NCBI GenBank assembly: GCA_028023455.1
Contig: JAQFVV010000005.1
Span: 15,748,001 to 15,812,000 of the forward strand
Reading direction: 5' to 3'
Length of the DNA: 64,000 nt
Source of the DNA: Epiperipatus broadwayi
Taxonomy: Eukaryota > Animalia > Onychophora
Below the pieces are notes generated by a model. That model searched no databases and had not been told where the DNA came from. It worked only from the letters and a program-made list of their open reading frames with translations. This document shows positions 42,015 to 57,828 of this stretch, piece after piece. Position 1 is the stretch's first letter, and the number at the start of each line of letters is the position of its first letter. Position numbers and translations under genes: made by a program.

Positions 42015-45000
42015 TTAGAACAAAATATAGCTGTCTTAAAACAGATGAAATCATTATATGTTTACATTAATTAAACATCACATGGCATCAATTAGCTTAA
42101 TTCTTTTTGCTTTATATTCAATCAAATGGTCACCACAATTATATCATGAACTCATTAAAAGCACAGCAACACATTGAAAGGTATGCTTCTTCTCAACCCA
42201 CCCTTTTAAAAGCTACAGAGATGCTTAAATTAATTCACATTCACATGTTGATAAGAATTAAAACTAAATGTTGCTAAAAATTTTCCTTCCATCAGTAATT
42301 GATAAAAAAACTAATCTTTTAAACCTTAATTATTAAATTAAAGGCTTTATATGGTATGCTTAAAACAATTACATTCTGTGGATCATCTTTTGAGTTAACA
42401 AAAAAGCACAATTTTATTTATTTATTTATTTAGACAGTTTAATTACTAATGAAAACATAAAGATACAGTAGTGGCTTTATTAATTTCTTTAATTCCATCA
42501 ATACAGCTATAAATTCTAATCATTTACTTTGTGGTTCATGATTTGTGTTACTCCACATATACATAGATCAAATGGGTGTTAAATTTCATTTACGGAGCAG
42601 ATGAGCACAATGACAGTCTCTGCTGAATTTGTTAATAAGACTGCATTTTCTAGGAAGATCAAATCCATATGGATCTGGAAAAAGTTATTTATTTGGAATC
42701 TGAAAAAAAGTAATTTGTTTGAAATTGCATAAGAATTCCATTTTTACATCATAATTCTTGGTTGAATATCCAAAAAGAGATCTTGATTAGAGATGAGTCT
42801 TAGTTGATGAAACTATATCTTGAGGTAATGACAAGTCTGATCTGCTTATCAGTTTTTCTTATATTTTCTGTGAGAGAATATCTCTTCTGATTCTGGCATA
42901 ATGCAAAAAAAAACAGGAAGTCACAGCAAAAAAGTAGATTTGAGTGTGGCAATAATAATATTAATCATCATCATATTATAAATTCAGAAGCCAAGAAGAT
43001 TAAGTATTTTTTGGTTTTCATCTGTTCAAATAAAAAAAAAATCTATCAATCAAAGCTATACAATATTTTAATTCTTAATTCATTAAGCCATATTTAAACA
43101 CTTCCCAAGTTTAATGACACAAAATGAAAACCAAAGGTAGATAGAATCAGTCCTAGTTTAACACTAGTTTACAAGTCAATGTCTCTTATATAAAATAATT
43201 TTACCATGTAAAAGCTGTACACTACAAAACAATTGCAGTGGTCAAACAAACAATTTAGAAATGGTTCCATCTCTGATTAATTGACCCTGGGTTATGAATA
43301 TCACTCATGAGCTAAACACCTTTGAATTAAAATTTCCAACTAAAGGAAGTAAAAAAAAAAAAATCAGTTTCATTAATTACAGAGAGCTACTGCGCTTATT
43401 CTATCACTGTAGTACTCAAATACCATTCTGATTTCTTGATTAAGTTCCATCTGATAAAAGCATACAGGAAGTGAAGTCATTAGAAAACTTTTGTACTCGA
43501 CGTTGATTGGATAATACAATAAACCTTTACAATTCTAAAAAAATATGGATACTGTTAAGAGCATTTTTAATCAGTGAGCATTTTATTAATCCAAGATACT
43601 GTTTTTGAAAAATTTAAAGTTTAAATTCACGACAATTGTGTTTCTATATAATATTGAAATAAGTTCAGTAAGCTTTAGTGATATTATATATAAACTAACT
43701 GTAAGCATGTTTATCCTTTTGGTGGAAGTTGTAGTTTATTTTATAGCTAATTATTATATAAATGCCCTAGCTTTTCTTCAAGCTGATTATATAAGCACTG
43801 GTTTATTTAAAAGGAGTCATAATATGGCAATGCTAACCCTCTCTTAGCTTTTCCAGATAATTGGCAATTAAGATTAATTAGATCTTAATTTATTGACTAA
43901 TAATTGAATGACTAATTAAGTTTACCAATAGCTAACCAAACTGGAAATAGTTCTATTCTCCCCCTCAAAAAAAAAAAACTTCAATTACCTATATAAATTT
44001 TTAAGTTTCACATGATTCAAACCCTAAGCTATTGCAAGGCAAGTGAGTGTTTAACTGCCATTCAAAAAACTTCATATATATTGTAACCGGACCTGTACAA
44101 CCCCTTTATTAATTTGGTTGTATTTATTTCCTGATGAGCATATTGTAGGAAGGAACCATCAATTGGCTTTCTCCAATACGGATGTCACACCCCTACAACA
44201 ATATTTCCTGCTCATCAGAGGATGTAACACCATAGAGACTGGAAACACCTAGAAATTTCTGTGTTTGGTTTCCCAAACGGTGTCAGTCGAGTTCTATCTC
44301 ACTACAACCTGACTTACCTAGGTTTAATTATGCCAGACATAGCTCAGGAGGCATGAAATTCTCATGAACAAGTGCAATGAATAACAAGTGATGCAAAATA
44401 GAACTGAACAACTAAAAGTAGTTTTAAGTAACAACAATTTTATTTAACAACAATTCATCTGCAAGTCCTTCCTATAAAGTTCATTCATATCCATGTGAAG
44501 ATTCATTTTCAGTTCAATTATGAGAAGTTTAGAAGCATTTTATTTATCAATAATCTATTTTCAAGTCCTTCTAATAAAGTATATACAGTTAAGCAGTTAT
44601 GATTTATACATCATTTCAATATTTCAATATCCACCACAGGTGGGTAAACAGGTAATATAAGTAATTCCACATTTGTGGACTATTTATTAGTCAAGTATAG
44701 ATGTGCATCTATACACATAAGTTTCATTATTTTACTTAGATACAATCAATATGCATGTAAGCATTTATAATTCATATAATTATTCTAGCATGAATATTTG
44801 TTATTTGGTTTGCCACAAACGTATATTTTTATACATAATTTTATCAGCAGTTTCATTTATAATCTTAAGCTAATTATTCTGATATATAGCTCAGATATGT
44901 ATTTTCAATTAACATAGACATATAAATTTGTTATCAGCATTTCTGTGTTGGTGGAGCATTTATCATTTTGAATATAAAACACAATTAATATTTTTATATT

Positions 45001-46767
45001 ACTCCATTAATTTTTTATTATAAACTTTATTATAGAATTAATAATTGAATTATTATTATTTTTCATACTTACTTTTTAAAAACTCGGGTCTTCATTTACT
45101 GTTGTTTTCTTTCACTAACAATGGGGACTTGATGAATGGCACTATAGACAGGCTGGAGCTTAATTCATGATCGTGGATAGAGAGAAAAAGGCAGGCTAAC
45201 CACCCATGTTAAATTGTTTCTTCATGGATAAGTTTGATTTTTCTGTCTTGCTTTACTTAGTAAAACTGATAAAAAACAAACACTCTCTGATAATCCGAAT
45301 TTTCAAAATATTTTATACTTTCTCTGCTTGTTTTATCCAATACAACTGATACAAGAAAAAACTACTCTCTCTATTGCTTTAGTTAATAAAAACTGATTAT
45401 AAAAAAAACTATTCTCTCTGTCATAATCCAAATTTTTCAGCCTATTTATACTCTCTCTGCCCATCAGAACGATTCACTTTTCATCACCCTCGCTTCAATT
45501 GGTGTTGGTGTGTGTTTTCATCCACATTCATGCCATTTCCCCCAGCTCACTGGCTATTCTTTTTGGTGGTAGAAGACCGTTTTCAATTATCCGGTTATGT
45601 GTTTTCAAATTCCAATTAATTTAACATTTCCTTGCCTGGAGCATTGGCTTAACACCTAAGTTATTTTGCCTTATGAATTATTTTTCTGAAATACAAAATA
45701 AACGTATCTTTTTTAATGTTTAAATATATATTTTTTCTTTTTTACTTTATTGATCTTCTTTTTTGGATTGTTAATTTTAATAAAGAAAGATTTATACTTT
45801 CTTTTAATTGCAGATTTAAACGTATTTGTTTTCTTTTTTAACAACAAATCATGCTAGTATTTTTAATTGGGGGGGGGGGGATCTTTTGAATATATACGTG
45901 GAACAGTATATCTGTTTCAACATATATAATAAGCACAGCACTAAATGTATATATGTATACATTACTTTTCTATTTACTTGAATGTTTGCAGCGATGATAT
46001 CATTGTTGTGATTATTTGTTGGATTATTTCCAGCATTTAATTTTGATTATTAAATGTTTTAGTGAAAAATTTAAACTTTTTAAATACATTTAATTGTTAA
46101 TAGTAGCACATAGATTAATATATAATCCAATGTTTTGAGTCATATCATTTTCTCTTCTTCAGGTGTTTACTAGCATGAAGGGAATTTAATATTCAATTCA
46201 AGGCAACATTCTCATCAACTAGGCTAAAGTTAACAGTCAGTAGAAATTTTCTATACTTATCTATCAGGGTTCTCCTAATATTAACAACATGTGATTAATT
46301 AATCAGCAAATCGGAAATTACATGTAAAGTTGGGAAAATGTATTCAATTATATTACATGTATTTTACTCATAATTCTTCACTTTATGTACTTTAAAATTA
46401 GTAAGAAATGAACTCTCCCAAGTAGGTTAGAACTAAGTTGTATATAAAATCAACTGTGTTTATACTTCACCCTTATTTAGAAACTTGCCACTTCTGTGCA
46501 CAACTGAATCTGCTATTACATAATTATTTTGCAATGATATAGCAATCTAATACATACAGGAATGCTAAAAGTTTATAACATTATTTGGTTAATTAGTCAA
46601 TAAACCAGAAATTAAATAAACACACACCCATATTATTATTATTATTATTAAAAGAATGTTTCAACTCATTGCCATATAGTGATTTGTATTTTCTATTGGT
46701 AAGACATCACCCTTTTCATTTTTAGTTGAAATTTAAGAAAGGTCATAGTTCGCTGCTCACAGTATTA

Positions 46768-46941
<174 letters not shown>

Positions 46942-47068
46942 TCATAATCTCAAATTCATCATTATTCTTTAAGAAAAATTTAAAAATATTTGTATTTACA
47001 TATGTACTTTCAATCTGTGTTGGTATTAACCAGTGATAGTTTTACTATATGTGTGCATATATATATAT

Positions 47069-47182
47069 TGTAACCTTCTGAATCTCTTTTTGTACTGCCG
47101 GACGATGAGAATATTATATTTAAGAAATTACTATTATTCGAGACTCTTTCCTGGAACACGGGCTATACTCAGTGGGGTTACA
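47069..47182. mobile_element. 114-bp element with TGTAACC...GGTTACA inverted ends (mini solo LTR or MITE)
   Basis: Perfect 7-bp terminal inverted repeat, inserted at the end of an (AT)n run, with higher GC than its flanks. Confidence 0.55.
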
Positions 47183-49818
47183 ATAATTTTAAGATGATAC
47201 TACAGAGACTTACTACAATAAGGTGGAGGAAAAATCAAACAATACTGCAAATAATCATAGCATAATAAATGATTTGAATTAAATGGTAGAGGGGAAAATT
47301 TCTACCTTTGCAAAATATTTATCAGACTCAACCTCCCATTAAATTATATTCTCTGAGTAAAATAAATCTGTACTTAAAGAAGTATTTTCTAATAAATCTT
47401 CTCCTCTAATATTCCAAGAATGTGGTAATGTACTCTTATCATCAATTCTGAATAGCATGATTTGAAATATTTGATTTATGTAAAACAACCACAAAATGTT
47501 AGAGCATAGAGAATAAATAAGGAAGACTTATCTTACTCTACCAATATTTGATATTATGATGATAAAGAATTGGATAAATAACTATGAAAATAACAAGAAT
47601 AAATAATCTCAGGGGTCCTACTGTGACTTTTGTAAATTGTATTATCATGTAATATTGCCTATTAAATAAATAAATGGATAAATGAATGATTGAATGACAT
47701 CCTGGCCGATTATAGGAGGCAAACACTTCTCTTGTAGCGACTGCTTCCTACTATTAAATAACAATACTCATTAAAATTATATAAAAGGATATTTATTCTA
47801 ATATCTAATTGCCTAATTAAAATATTTTAAATCCAGAATAGTCATAGCCTTTTAGCCAGGATATCATTCAAGATTGAAGAAAGACCCGGGTGCTTTTTAT
47901 GTTTTTCTATCCTCCCAGAGACAATCTTCATAAGTAAGTAACTGTGAGAGACAGTTGTGCCAAATCCTTATGCATCATTAACTTCAATACAATTGTACTT
48001 GAATGCATATAAAATGCATGTTTCTAGTCTGATTTAAAATTTGGTTTATATATGTGTATTATAATTAGCAGGAATCAAATAAATTGGAATATGAAGTAAA
48101 TATAACTTTGATATACTGTATTCATTATTTTACACATAATTCACTAATAATTATTATTAATCCCTATATCTAAATTATTTAATTAATATTTTTTTCTCTT
48201 ATTCTCTCTCCATTTATTTTATTTAACAGTTTACATTTACACCAATTAAGACAGGGTTTGGTTTTTATGAGGCTTTTGTGATGATGAAATTTTGGGTCTG
48301 TGAATCATATTCTATCATTTAATTTTACACATAGCATCTCTAGCTTCAATCTTATTATTTCTTTATTTTCTAACTTTTATTTATCTCTGTTTTTTCCAAC
48401 ATCATACAACATCTCATATGCTTTCAGTAATATCTATCTCCATCCTGCTCTTGAGTCTTCAATAAACATAATATGGAATAGTATTATAAATCCCTGTCTC
48501 CAGACCACCTGGCTTCTGACTTTGTTTCGCTAGGATTCAAAGCTGACTTGGCGTCCAACCAAAGTAGTTATGCAAGAGAGTTAAACTTTGGGATGTTTTA
48601 AAATTTTCAAATTAGTAGTCTGTATAATATAAAAAAGTAAAACATGGCTGCTAGATTGTGTTAATTTTGTTTTAAATCCTAGTCTTTACTGATAAAGGAA
48701 AAGACCAAAAATTTGTAGGTCTAGAGATAGAGAAGAATAAAAATAACTGCTCTTGAAATTTACTTAATGACCTCATCTGTTTATAAATAGCTGCTAATAA
48801 TTAATATTTTAATAACTGGTACCTTACCAGTATATCTCTAATACTTTTGCCATCTGTAATTGTCTTTTCTCCTTGAATAATGTTGGCAGAGTTTGAGATA
48901 TCTAATTTTTTATACAGATGACTGAAGTTTAGTTTGAGCTGAATTTTATCTTCTCATTCTTGAAAAGTAAGAAAATAGGAAAATGTTTGTTTCAAATTTT
49001 GAATTAAGTGAAAAGGAAAAAAAATTCAAAGAGAAATATGTATTTAGAGTTTGTAAACTGAGTCCACAAGGAGTGATTTTTTGAATGAGTTTTAATAAAG
49101 AGTCACCTACAATGAAGATATCAAGTTAATTAGTTATAAATGTATAACGTTGTGAAGGTGGAAAGCTTAATGCATAAAGGAATTAGACCAAAAAAGTGTA
49201 CAGCTGAAAAGGTACAGATATATGATGACCTTTATTTTTTATGTCTCTTCAAAAGATCAGCAAATTAAAAAAATATCATTTAATGGGTTTTTTAAAATTT
49301 TGTATGTATAGATAAAATTCTAACGAATTTGATGAGCACATGTATAATTTTACAGCTTATCAAATATGTAATACTAAAAATGTAAACGTATCCATGGAAT
49401 AAATGAGTCCCAACACATTACAAGACAATTCATAAGCTAGATTCTCAAAGAGTCATTTAAATAAACTTATAAATAATGCATATCTTTTATCTAACAAAAC
49501 AGATTGACATTGAAAAAAAAAAGTTGGGCATTATTTACAAGTTCATTTAAATGATTTTTTGAAAATTTTGTTTGGTAATTATCTTAGTAATATATTCAGA
49601 CTTATTTGTATACAGGTATTTAATAAATTCTAGCCAGAAAAATTCCACAACGGATAAAAAATCTACAAAAATGTAACCACTTCAAGGATCATTTAATGTC
49701 TCCTACAAAAATGTTAACTAAAAAATTGGATCACAAAGATGATGTGATCCAACAATACTTGTACATAAAGAAATAATACAATACCAATTTCTGAAGTCAG
49801 ATTCATAATTAATATTTA

Positions 49819-49980
<162 letters not shown>

Positions 49981-49983
49981 CTA

Positions 49984-50079
<96 letters not shown>

Positions 50080-50821
50080 TTATAAACAAGAACAGTGTTT
50101 TAGAGTTAAAATATTAATAATAGCTTAAAGGTTTTTGATAATTATTGTTTCCAAATAATGTTTTATATCAATAATGCTATTCTCCATATACAAATAAATT
50201 ACTTTTTGATTATTTCTATTATTTTTACAAATGTACTATTAGCGACTGACAGTATTTTGTACTTATGTTTCACATACTTTCTTCTAAAAGCATACACAAA
50301 CTAAAACTTATGCCGTACTTGATTTAGTGCAGCAGTGGAGTGTTATAGTCTGAAGCATAAGTTCCACGGATCAATTCCAATCCTAAACAATTCTAGCACT
50401 TAAACTTTTTAAGAGTTCTCATGTGATAACGCCAAATGATTGTTTTCTTTTAGTAAGAACTATTTTATTTATATTATGAACAATATTTATTTGTTTTAAT
50501 TACAGTCATCATTACATCTGATTGGCTGTCATATAAGCATTCTAACAGCGTATGCAAGAAGTTTTCAGCCTTTCACTTTAATTACGAACTGCTTGTGCTT
50601 AATAAATAATATTTACATAAGCAAACTAATTTAATAAATTACATAATTTGTTTATATATATATATACTGAAGCTATACATGCTTCATGTTCGCATATAAA
50701 AAAATTATGAACAAAATTTAAGTTTAAAAGTTTAATAAATAAAAATTAAATATATTATTATAAATGCACAGATAGTGTATATAGTATCATTAATTTTTTT
50801 CTCTCATGTGTCATAGCATCA

Positions 50822-50893
50822 GCCGGGAAGCAAACCCACTAAACCCAGACAACTGCTTGTAAAGTAGCCGTTGCTGACCTCTCGACCACCAAT
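50822..50893 (-). mobile_element. Decayed tRNA-derived SINE head
   Basis: Minus strand has an A-box-like TGGTCGAGAGG and a B-box-like GGTTTGCTTCCC with tRNA-like spacing. No intact cloverleaf. Confidence 0.4.
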
Positions 50894-53400
50894 GCTTGAC
50901 TACAGTATTATTAATTGTAAAGTTATTTTGTATTAAATGCAAAATATTTTTTAAAATTTAAAAAGATAATTGATTTTAAATTTAGCTAAAAGTAGTTTTT
51001 TTTTTTTTTAAAAAAAAAGGGGTTTTCATTTAACAATAAAAAAGGTAGAAATGACATTCTGGAAAAAGTAATTAAAATGGTTGTAAACAGATTACTAGAC
51101 TAGATTTTAGGAGAAGGGTTTAAAATAATTTAACTAAAAAGACTGTTATTCCACTCAAAAATAAGAGCTTGCAAATAGAGTAATGGACAAATAAACTTGG
51201 ACTTCAGCGAAAGTAATGGAGTTATCTATATCCAATAGATCAAAGAATCCAAACAAGAGATGGATCCAAATTTTACAGATAACTCCAAATCATATTATGT
51301 TGATTGGTTTTTATTCTGCTTTTGTGATTATCTTTATAGATTCTATCTTAAATCTTAGATCGTGAAAGCTTGCCATCATTATTCTGCATTCATTATGATT
51401 ATTTTATCTTGATCCTGCCAGTGATTATTATTCTATCAGTACTTTTATTCTGCTTAAATTAATTTTATCTGATAGTTCCAGCAAGTCTACCATGCAAAAG
51501 TAGAGAAGCCATTACCTGCCTTGCTTAGTCAAACTGGCAGAGGGCAGGACAAAAACCCACCACTGAGTCACATCAAAAAAAGCTATCAACAACAGAAGAA
51601 ACCATCCAAATATGTGTCTGCTATGTAGGAAAAATCCAATGTCCAGTGCTAGAGGAAGAACCAACCACCAAAACAATCTTTAATTGATATCTGTATATAC
51701 AAAATTAATGTAAAATAGTGATTTAAACCTTCATACATCATAACTACAATTTTAATAATCAACTCTACAAATACCTAAAGACTGACCTGAATTTTTGCAA
51801 CTATAAGTATAAACTTTAAACACATATTTAGTTAATTATTCTCTCCAATTTAATGACATATGTTAATGAATAGTTATGTAATTAATATGTTTATGAGCAG
51901 GTACAGCAAAAGATTGTAATTTGTTCTATTTAAATATCTCACCACAATTTAGTCAATGCTAATGATTATAACACAGGCATAAGAAATGGTGATCATGTGA
52001 TGTTTAGTGGTCCAATGATTATAAATTAGTTTATAAAAGGCAATTAGCTTGTAATCACAATCTCTTACCATGCATATTAGTTAAATCATTATTTCCATTT
52101 TATTTAAAAGATAAATAATATGTTAAAGCAGTAAATTTATTAAATTATGAATAGAGTTCAACCATGCTGCATAGGCAAGCTAGATTGGGGTTCTATTAGG
52201 TAGATATCAGTTTTAGTTAACTAGTCTTGTATTTGAATTATTATTGTTGATAAGAATATATGGCTGGTATCCATATATTTGGGTTATGAGTTATATCTGA
52301 TTCTCATTCTTATGTAACACTTTAGTATTAGATTATTGTATACCATTTAAGACTGCTGCTCCCTTACAATCATTATCTCATTTAAATGGTGATGTGTCAT
52401 AGATGATCAATTCCTACTACATGTCATCCATTTTCCTTCATACATGTTGTAGTGATACATATGCAACTGCTGGTCACTGTATGCCGTACATGCAATAAAC
52501 AGTTAATCCCTACCATATGCATAAAATTATCTCATGTATTTGCTCTTATATAGTTACCATGGTAATACAGATGTGATTTCTTGTATTTTACAATTATTTT
52601 ATTCATCACATGCTAATGTATCAGTTAGTATTAGAACGTCAGTGAGGATAGTAGAGAGCAGTTAGGAGTCTGTGCAGTGATTGGAACCCATTCACGATCT
52701 TCCAATGATAATAATATTCTACATTAATAGTGTCAAATAGGAATTATTTTAAAATATGGATTGTTACATCACCATATACTATATTCATGCATAATTAGAG
52801 TAAATTAATTTAATAAAATTAGGAAAGGGTTTATTTACCTATGTTAATTTATTAATCAATTGATTAAAGTCATGCGAGTGTATGTTTGTGTTGTATATGC
52901 ATGAATAAATAGTGTTGTCTTATTATTTTTGGCAGTTTGTAATCTTTATTTGCAATCAATAACAGGTAAATAATTAACATTCTCTCGTTTTCCTTCTGAA
53001 CTTAGCGGGCTGAAAAGGAAAAAGTTGGTGTGCTGTGATGTCAGAATATGGAATGCACATGTGGATTGTCCTCAGGTGTTTTTCATGTGGGTCGTGCAAC
53101 TCTGACAGTTACAATACATACACCTGTACATGTACACATAACAAATGAAGTGCTACCAAAACTTTAAAAGTCCACCAATTAATTATTATTATTTTACGAA
53201 CACTACAATGATACACTTATGGAAAAAACTGAAACGATCATCTGTAACAAAATCCAAAATATATCCTGAAGACATTGGTCTGATGATTTCCCCCTCAATA
53301 TAGCAATGGATATAATATTATGAATTCATAGATAGTCTTTGAATTTCTGATCTCACTTCAGTATATTATTTATAATATCACTGTTTGCTTATATATATAT

Positions 53401-55538
53401 TGTAATGGGATATATTGCGTTACATTTAAATTTTAATAGAAACTTTTTTTATCTAATACCGAATTAAAAACAAACTGTCAAAATACACAAATAACGAATT
53501 ATTAATTTATTAATACGTTAGATTGATTTAAATATTAAAATAAGCTTTAAAAAATAAATAAATTATAGAATCGAAGCAAAGATTCTAATCTTTAAATAAA
53601 ATATATAATAAAAAGCCTTTTAATAATAGTGAAGATTTTTTTTAATTATAAAAAAATTACAAACAGATCCTTAAGGCAAAATCACAATTAAAGAAATGAT
53701 TACGAAATAGATAAGAGCCCGCCCAAAGATACGACACAGACCTCAGTGGAAAAATTTACTTAGCCATAAATCAAAAATCTACATGGCCACAAACTGAATT
53801 AACCAATAAAATATAAATAATGAAATATGTTTGATGAATCCGTGCATTCCAGAGATAAGGTGCCTGGGGAGTATAAAAGGAAAAACCAAACCGATAATTA
53901 GTTAGTTAGAGAGTTGGAGAATTAGAAAATTAAAATTTTAATTCAATTGTATTTGCTGAAAGTAGAAATAAAAATTTAAAAAGCTATTATCGCCGTCACC
54001 CAAGATGTAATCAGCTTCATCATGCTTCCTTCGGTACGGCCGGCCGAAGGCAGCTTTCATCTCCACGGATCCCAGGATCGAACCACGGATCCCGTCTTCA
54101 GAAACCAGCATAAATGCTTCATACATCATCATAAGTCTTCATAGATCTTCATCACAAAGGAATGAGCACGGATAAAGGAAAGTATAATTTTTAAATGATA
54201 AAATGAAATATAAACTGTTAAATTTAAAATCTTCGAATTTTATCTGTCTTTAAATGAATAATAGACTTTCTCTCACAAGCAAGCCTGAACTTTATTTCTA
54301 TAAATTCTTATTTAAAGTCTTAAACATAATCTCTTAAAAAAAATGTATTGTATTTTTTTTATATTTTTATTCATGCTTAATTAATATCTGTTTGTAATAG
54401 GTTAGGGGTTTGCGATTGCAAACTTAAATTTAAAAATAGAAACGTATATCACTATTTGTGCATTATTAAATTTAAAAGAAAAGTAGGTTAAATAATATTT
54501 GTAGTAAGAAAATAAGTTAAATATAATGCTCATTTTTAAATGATTTTAAAACTGTAAACTAAAATATTTTTTTTTTTTATTAAATTAATAAAATGATTTA
54601 AATGTTAGTTGAGTATAGATGGCTGCTAGACTAGTTTAAATATGTTACTTTTAAAGAGGGTTTTGATTTCAGACTATTTGTTTCGTAGTTCTGTTAATGC
54701 TGGTGGAGAGATATATGGACGTTTATATCAATGTAATGTGAAGTGTGCTAGCACCTAGGATGATGAATCCACTGAATGCATGACCCCAAAGAGGTAGTCA
54801 TACCGTTGAAATGGAAGCAAATGTATTTCCTGCGCCATTGACCCATTCCAGCTCTATGGATTGAGAAGATAAGTCGGCAAGATAAGACTGCTCTCTCATC
54901 CATACGTAGCGTTTCCTTTTATTAGTTTATATGCATGTTTCCTTTGCCCGATACAGATGCACATTCCTGTGGGATGAAGACCATGTCTTCTCCAATAATA
55001 TCACGCCAGACGCACATTCCTGTCGATGTGATTCTATGCTAACATGTTCACATTGCATTGATTGCTGATATATATCTGGAAGCGAGTATTGGTGTGGCTG
55101 CGGATTTTTAGTCTGGAGTCAAGTGATTTGAAAATTTGTGAGTGCGTCTAGGTAGATCATTTATATTCAACATGTCTAAGATTAAAAATAAAGTTAAAAA
55201 CAAATAAATTAATAATAATGAAACATAAAATATATTTTTTTCTTATATAGTAATTTTAAGTTTGTGCGTTATTAATTATATACGTAAATAAAATCTTTTT
55301 CTGTTATTAAAACTGATGGTGCTTGTTTTTTTTATTCTTTGTTATTACAAATATATTTTAATAAATATATTAAGTTTCTGCATCTACTTGAGCTAGTGAC
55401 TTGGGCTGGCGGTCGCGGTCTTAACAGCACGTATCTGTCGACTTTATAAATTTTCTAGGTTCAAAGTAGCCTAGTGGCGCTCTGTCGGCAGATGCGGTAA
55501 GACTGGATATTTCATCATCATCCCCGACCATTATAACA
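53401..55538 (-). mobile_element. ~2.1-kb solo-LTR-like element, copy 2 (inverted relative to 9018-11217)
   Basis: TGTAA...ATAACA termini, flanked by AT runs. Roughly 80-85% identical to copy 1 by eye. Confidence 0.8.
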
Positions 55539-57549
55539 TATACATGGGATATCTCAGTGGGCAGGCAGCATCACAATGTGTTAACTGAACAGGTGCAAAT
55601 CTTTATCTTCTAATTTTTGATTTTCTATCATTGCTTTTATACATGTCTTCTGGAGTTAAAATGGTCATAAATCATTTATGAGTGGCCGCTATTTACATTA
55701 TATATTGTATAAGATATATATAGATAACAAATATATATTATTAATATACAAAAACTATACGTTTTTAAAAAAACGATAAATTGGTTCAATAGATAATATC
55801 TGGATATCACTCTATGTAGAGCTTATTATGTAATATGTTTATATATACATTGAAAAGAACAATAAACCATCGATAAAGCCTTTTGTATTAAATACAATAT
55901 TAATTGCTGTTATATAACGTATTTTATATTCACTTAAAAATGCAGATTTTAAAAGTTAAAACTGCCATGAAACAATAATGTGTGGATTTTATATAGTTTT
56001 ATAAATCACATTTTACATTCAATAGACTCCATTGCATTTAGTTCCTGATTAATCCATGCATACTTGAAACCATAGATAAAAGCAAATCCTATATAAATTC
56101 ATAATTTGACACGCACACACATATATAATTTAACTTGAAAAATCTATAAATATTGAGCCATCAAAAGAGGGACCATATGACTGGATAAACACATACTGAG
56201 TGCACAAAGTGAGGAAATGACTGACTGAGAAATGCCTCATGATAGCACTCATATAAGGGTGTGTGTGCATAAAATTTTAAAATGCAAATTTCTAATTTTT
56301 TATATTTAATAAGTTTTTAATCTATGAATATAAAATTGTGGTTATGGTATCATGGACAAGTTAATTTAGGATTGTTTAAAACAAGTTAATTTAGGATTGT
56401 TTAAAATTTATTATGTCAATAGTATTGTAAAATTAAGGAGATTCATAAATAAGTATAGAATTGTATGACTAAATAATATTAGAAGTGTATAACTAAATAA
56501 TATTGGAATTATCTAAATAATTATAGATCTAATATAACGATGTCAGGTAGAAAATAGCATATATGGTGTGAAGGTTTAAGTAAACTTTACCATCAAAATA
56601 CCTCGCCTTGTAAGATGAATTTGGGGATTAATCAAAACCATCAGTTAGCAGACCATATAAGGAGAGGTATTTATGGAATTAGAGATATTTCGTTTGAACT
56701 CCAGAAGATGGGTATATAAGTGGGACATAGAAGGAGAATCGAGATAGTAAAAAATTAGAGACTACAGTGGCCCTAACGGGCAGACCTATGATACCCAACT
56801 TTAAAGAAGTGTTTTACCAATGTATGTAACAGGTATGTATGTAATTGAATTTTGCTGGAAATTAAACTAATATTTTAACTTAACGCAAATCTGTCTAAAT
56901 TTTTCATTTGTTTGACGCATACGTGTCAATGGTTGCTAAATTAAAGAATACATAATATTACAGCAAAACATAATCTTTCAAATTATATATATCCTATACT
57001 TAAAATATTGTTCATTTTTATAATCCACACACACAAATACATATGATAAATTAATGACAATTTTATAATATCCAAAAATGTTCTTTTTTAGAATGTTCAA
57101 AGATGTCTGTTTTTTTTTCATCTGTAAATTTGCAATTTATTTCTTTAATTTGACACTTGAAGATAGAATTATGAAGTGTTTCTGATATTGCAATAAATAA
57201 CAACAACAAATAATTAAAATAATTGAAGTTACTTTAGTAGATAGATTTATGAAATAAAAACAATAGAACAAAACATAAAATAAACTAATCAAATGGTTGT
57301 CATTTATTTGGTCGATCATATGGGGTGGAAAATCAAAATATTATATTTAATATAATTGTAATTAATTTAGCATTAGTAGAAGCAGCATAAAAACAAGGAA
57401 TATTTTAAACATATATACCTAAGTGTTTAAAAATAAAAGTTTTTAACAGATCTGTTTTACCAATTCTTACATATGGCTCTGAAACTTGAACACTTAGCAA
57501 AAGAGCAATACAAAGACTTTAGATCATTCAATAAAGTATGGTAAGATTA

Positions 57550-57828
57550 TATTGGGAATAATGAGATGGAATCAAAGGCAAAATAGATAAAGAAACAGAT
57601 TGGGTATCTTTGACAGCAATGAAAGAAATTTTAAGGCTAAAATGGAAGAAAGTGAGGCATATTTCTAAAAGAAGAAATGATAATATATGGATAATTAAAG
57701 TCTTAAACTGCATTCCAAAAGACTGGAAAAGATATAGAAACCAACCACATATAGGATGGATGGATGACATAAGGGAGTTGGTTGGTGTGATATGGAGAAG
57801 AGACTATGGATTAGAGAAATTGGAGTAA
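57550..57828 (+). pseudogene. RTE-clade LINE ORF C-terminal fragment
   Basis: ILRLKWKKVRHISKRRNDNIWIIKVLNCIPKDWKRYRNQPHIGWMDDI matches the RTE pattern LKW.WAGH..R..D.RW...V..W.P...KR..GRP..RW.DD. Confidence 0.8.

Noticed and set aside
50325-50378. Possible tRNA gene (A-box-like and B-box-like GGATCAATTCC)
   Set aside because: No acceptor or anticodon stems. At best a second SINE relic, too degraded to call.
51517-51534. Candidate 18-nt upstream rabphilin micro-exon (ccAG tttgactaagcaaggcag GTAATG, minus strand)
   Set aside because: In-frame TAA in the required phase. The true upstream exon (expected to end ...RAK) was not found in the window.
56354-56405. 25-bp perfect tandem duplication ACAAGTTAATTTAGGATTGTTTAAA
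   Set aside because: Ordinary local slippage duplication; two copies only and no spacers, so not CRISPR-like.
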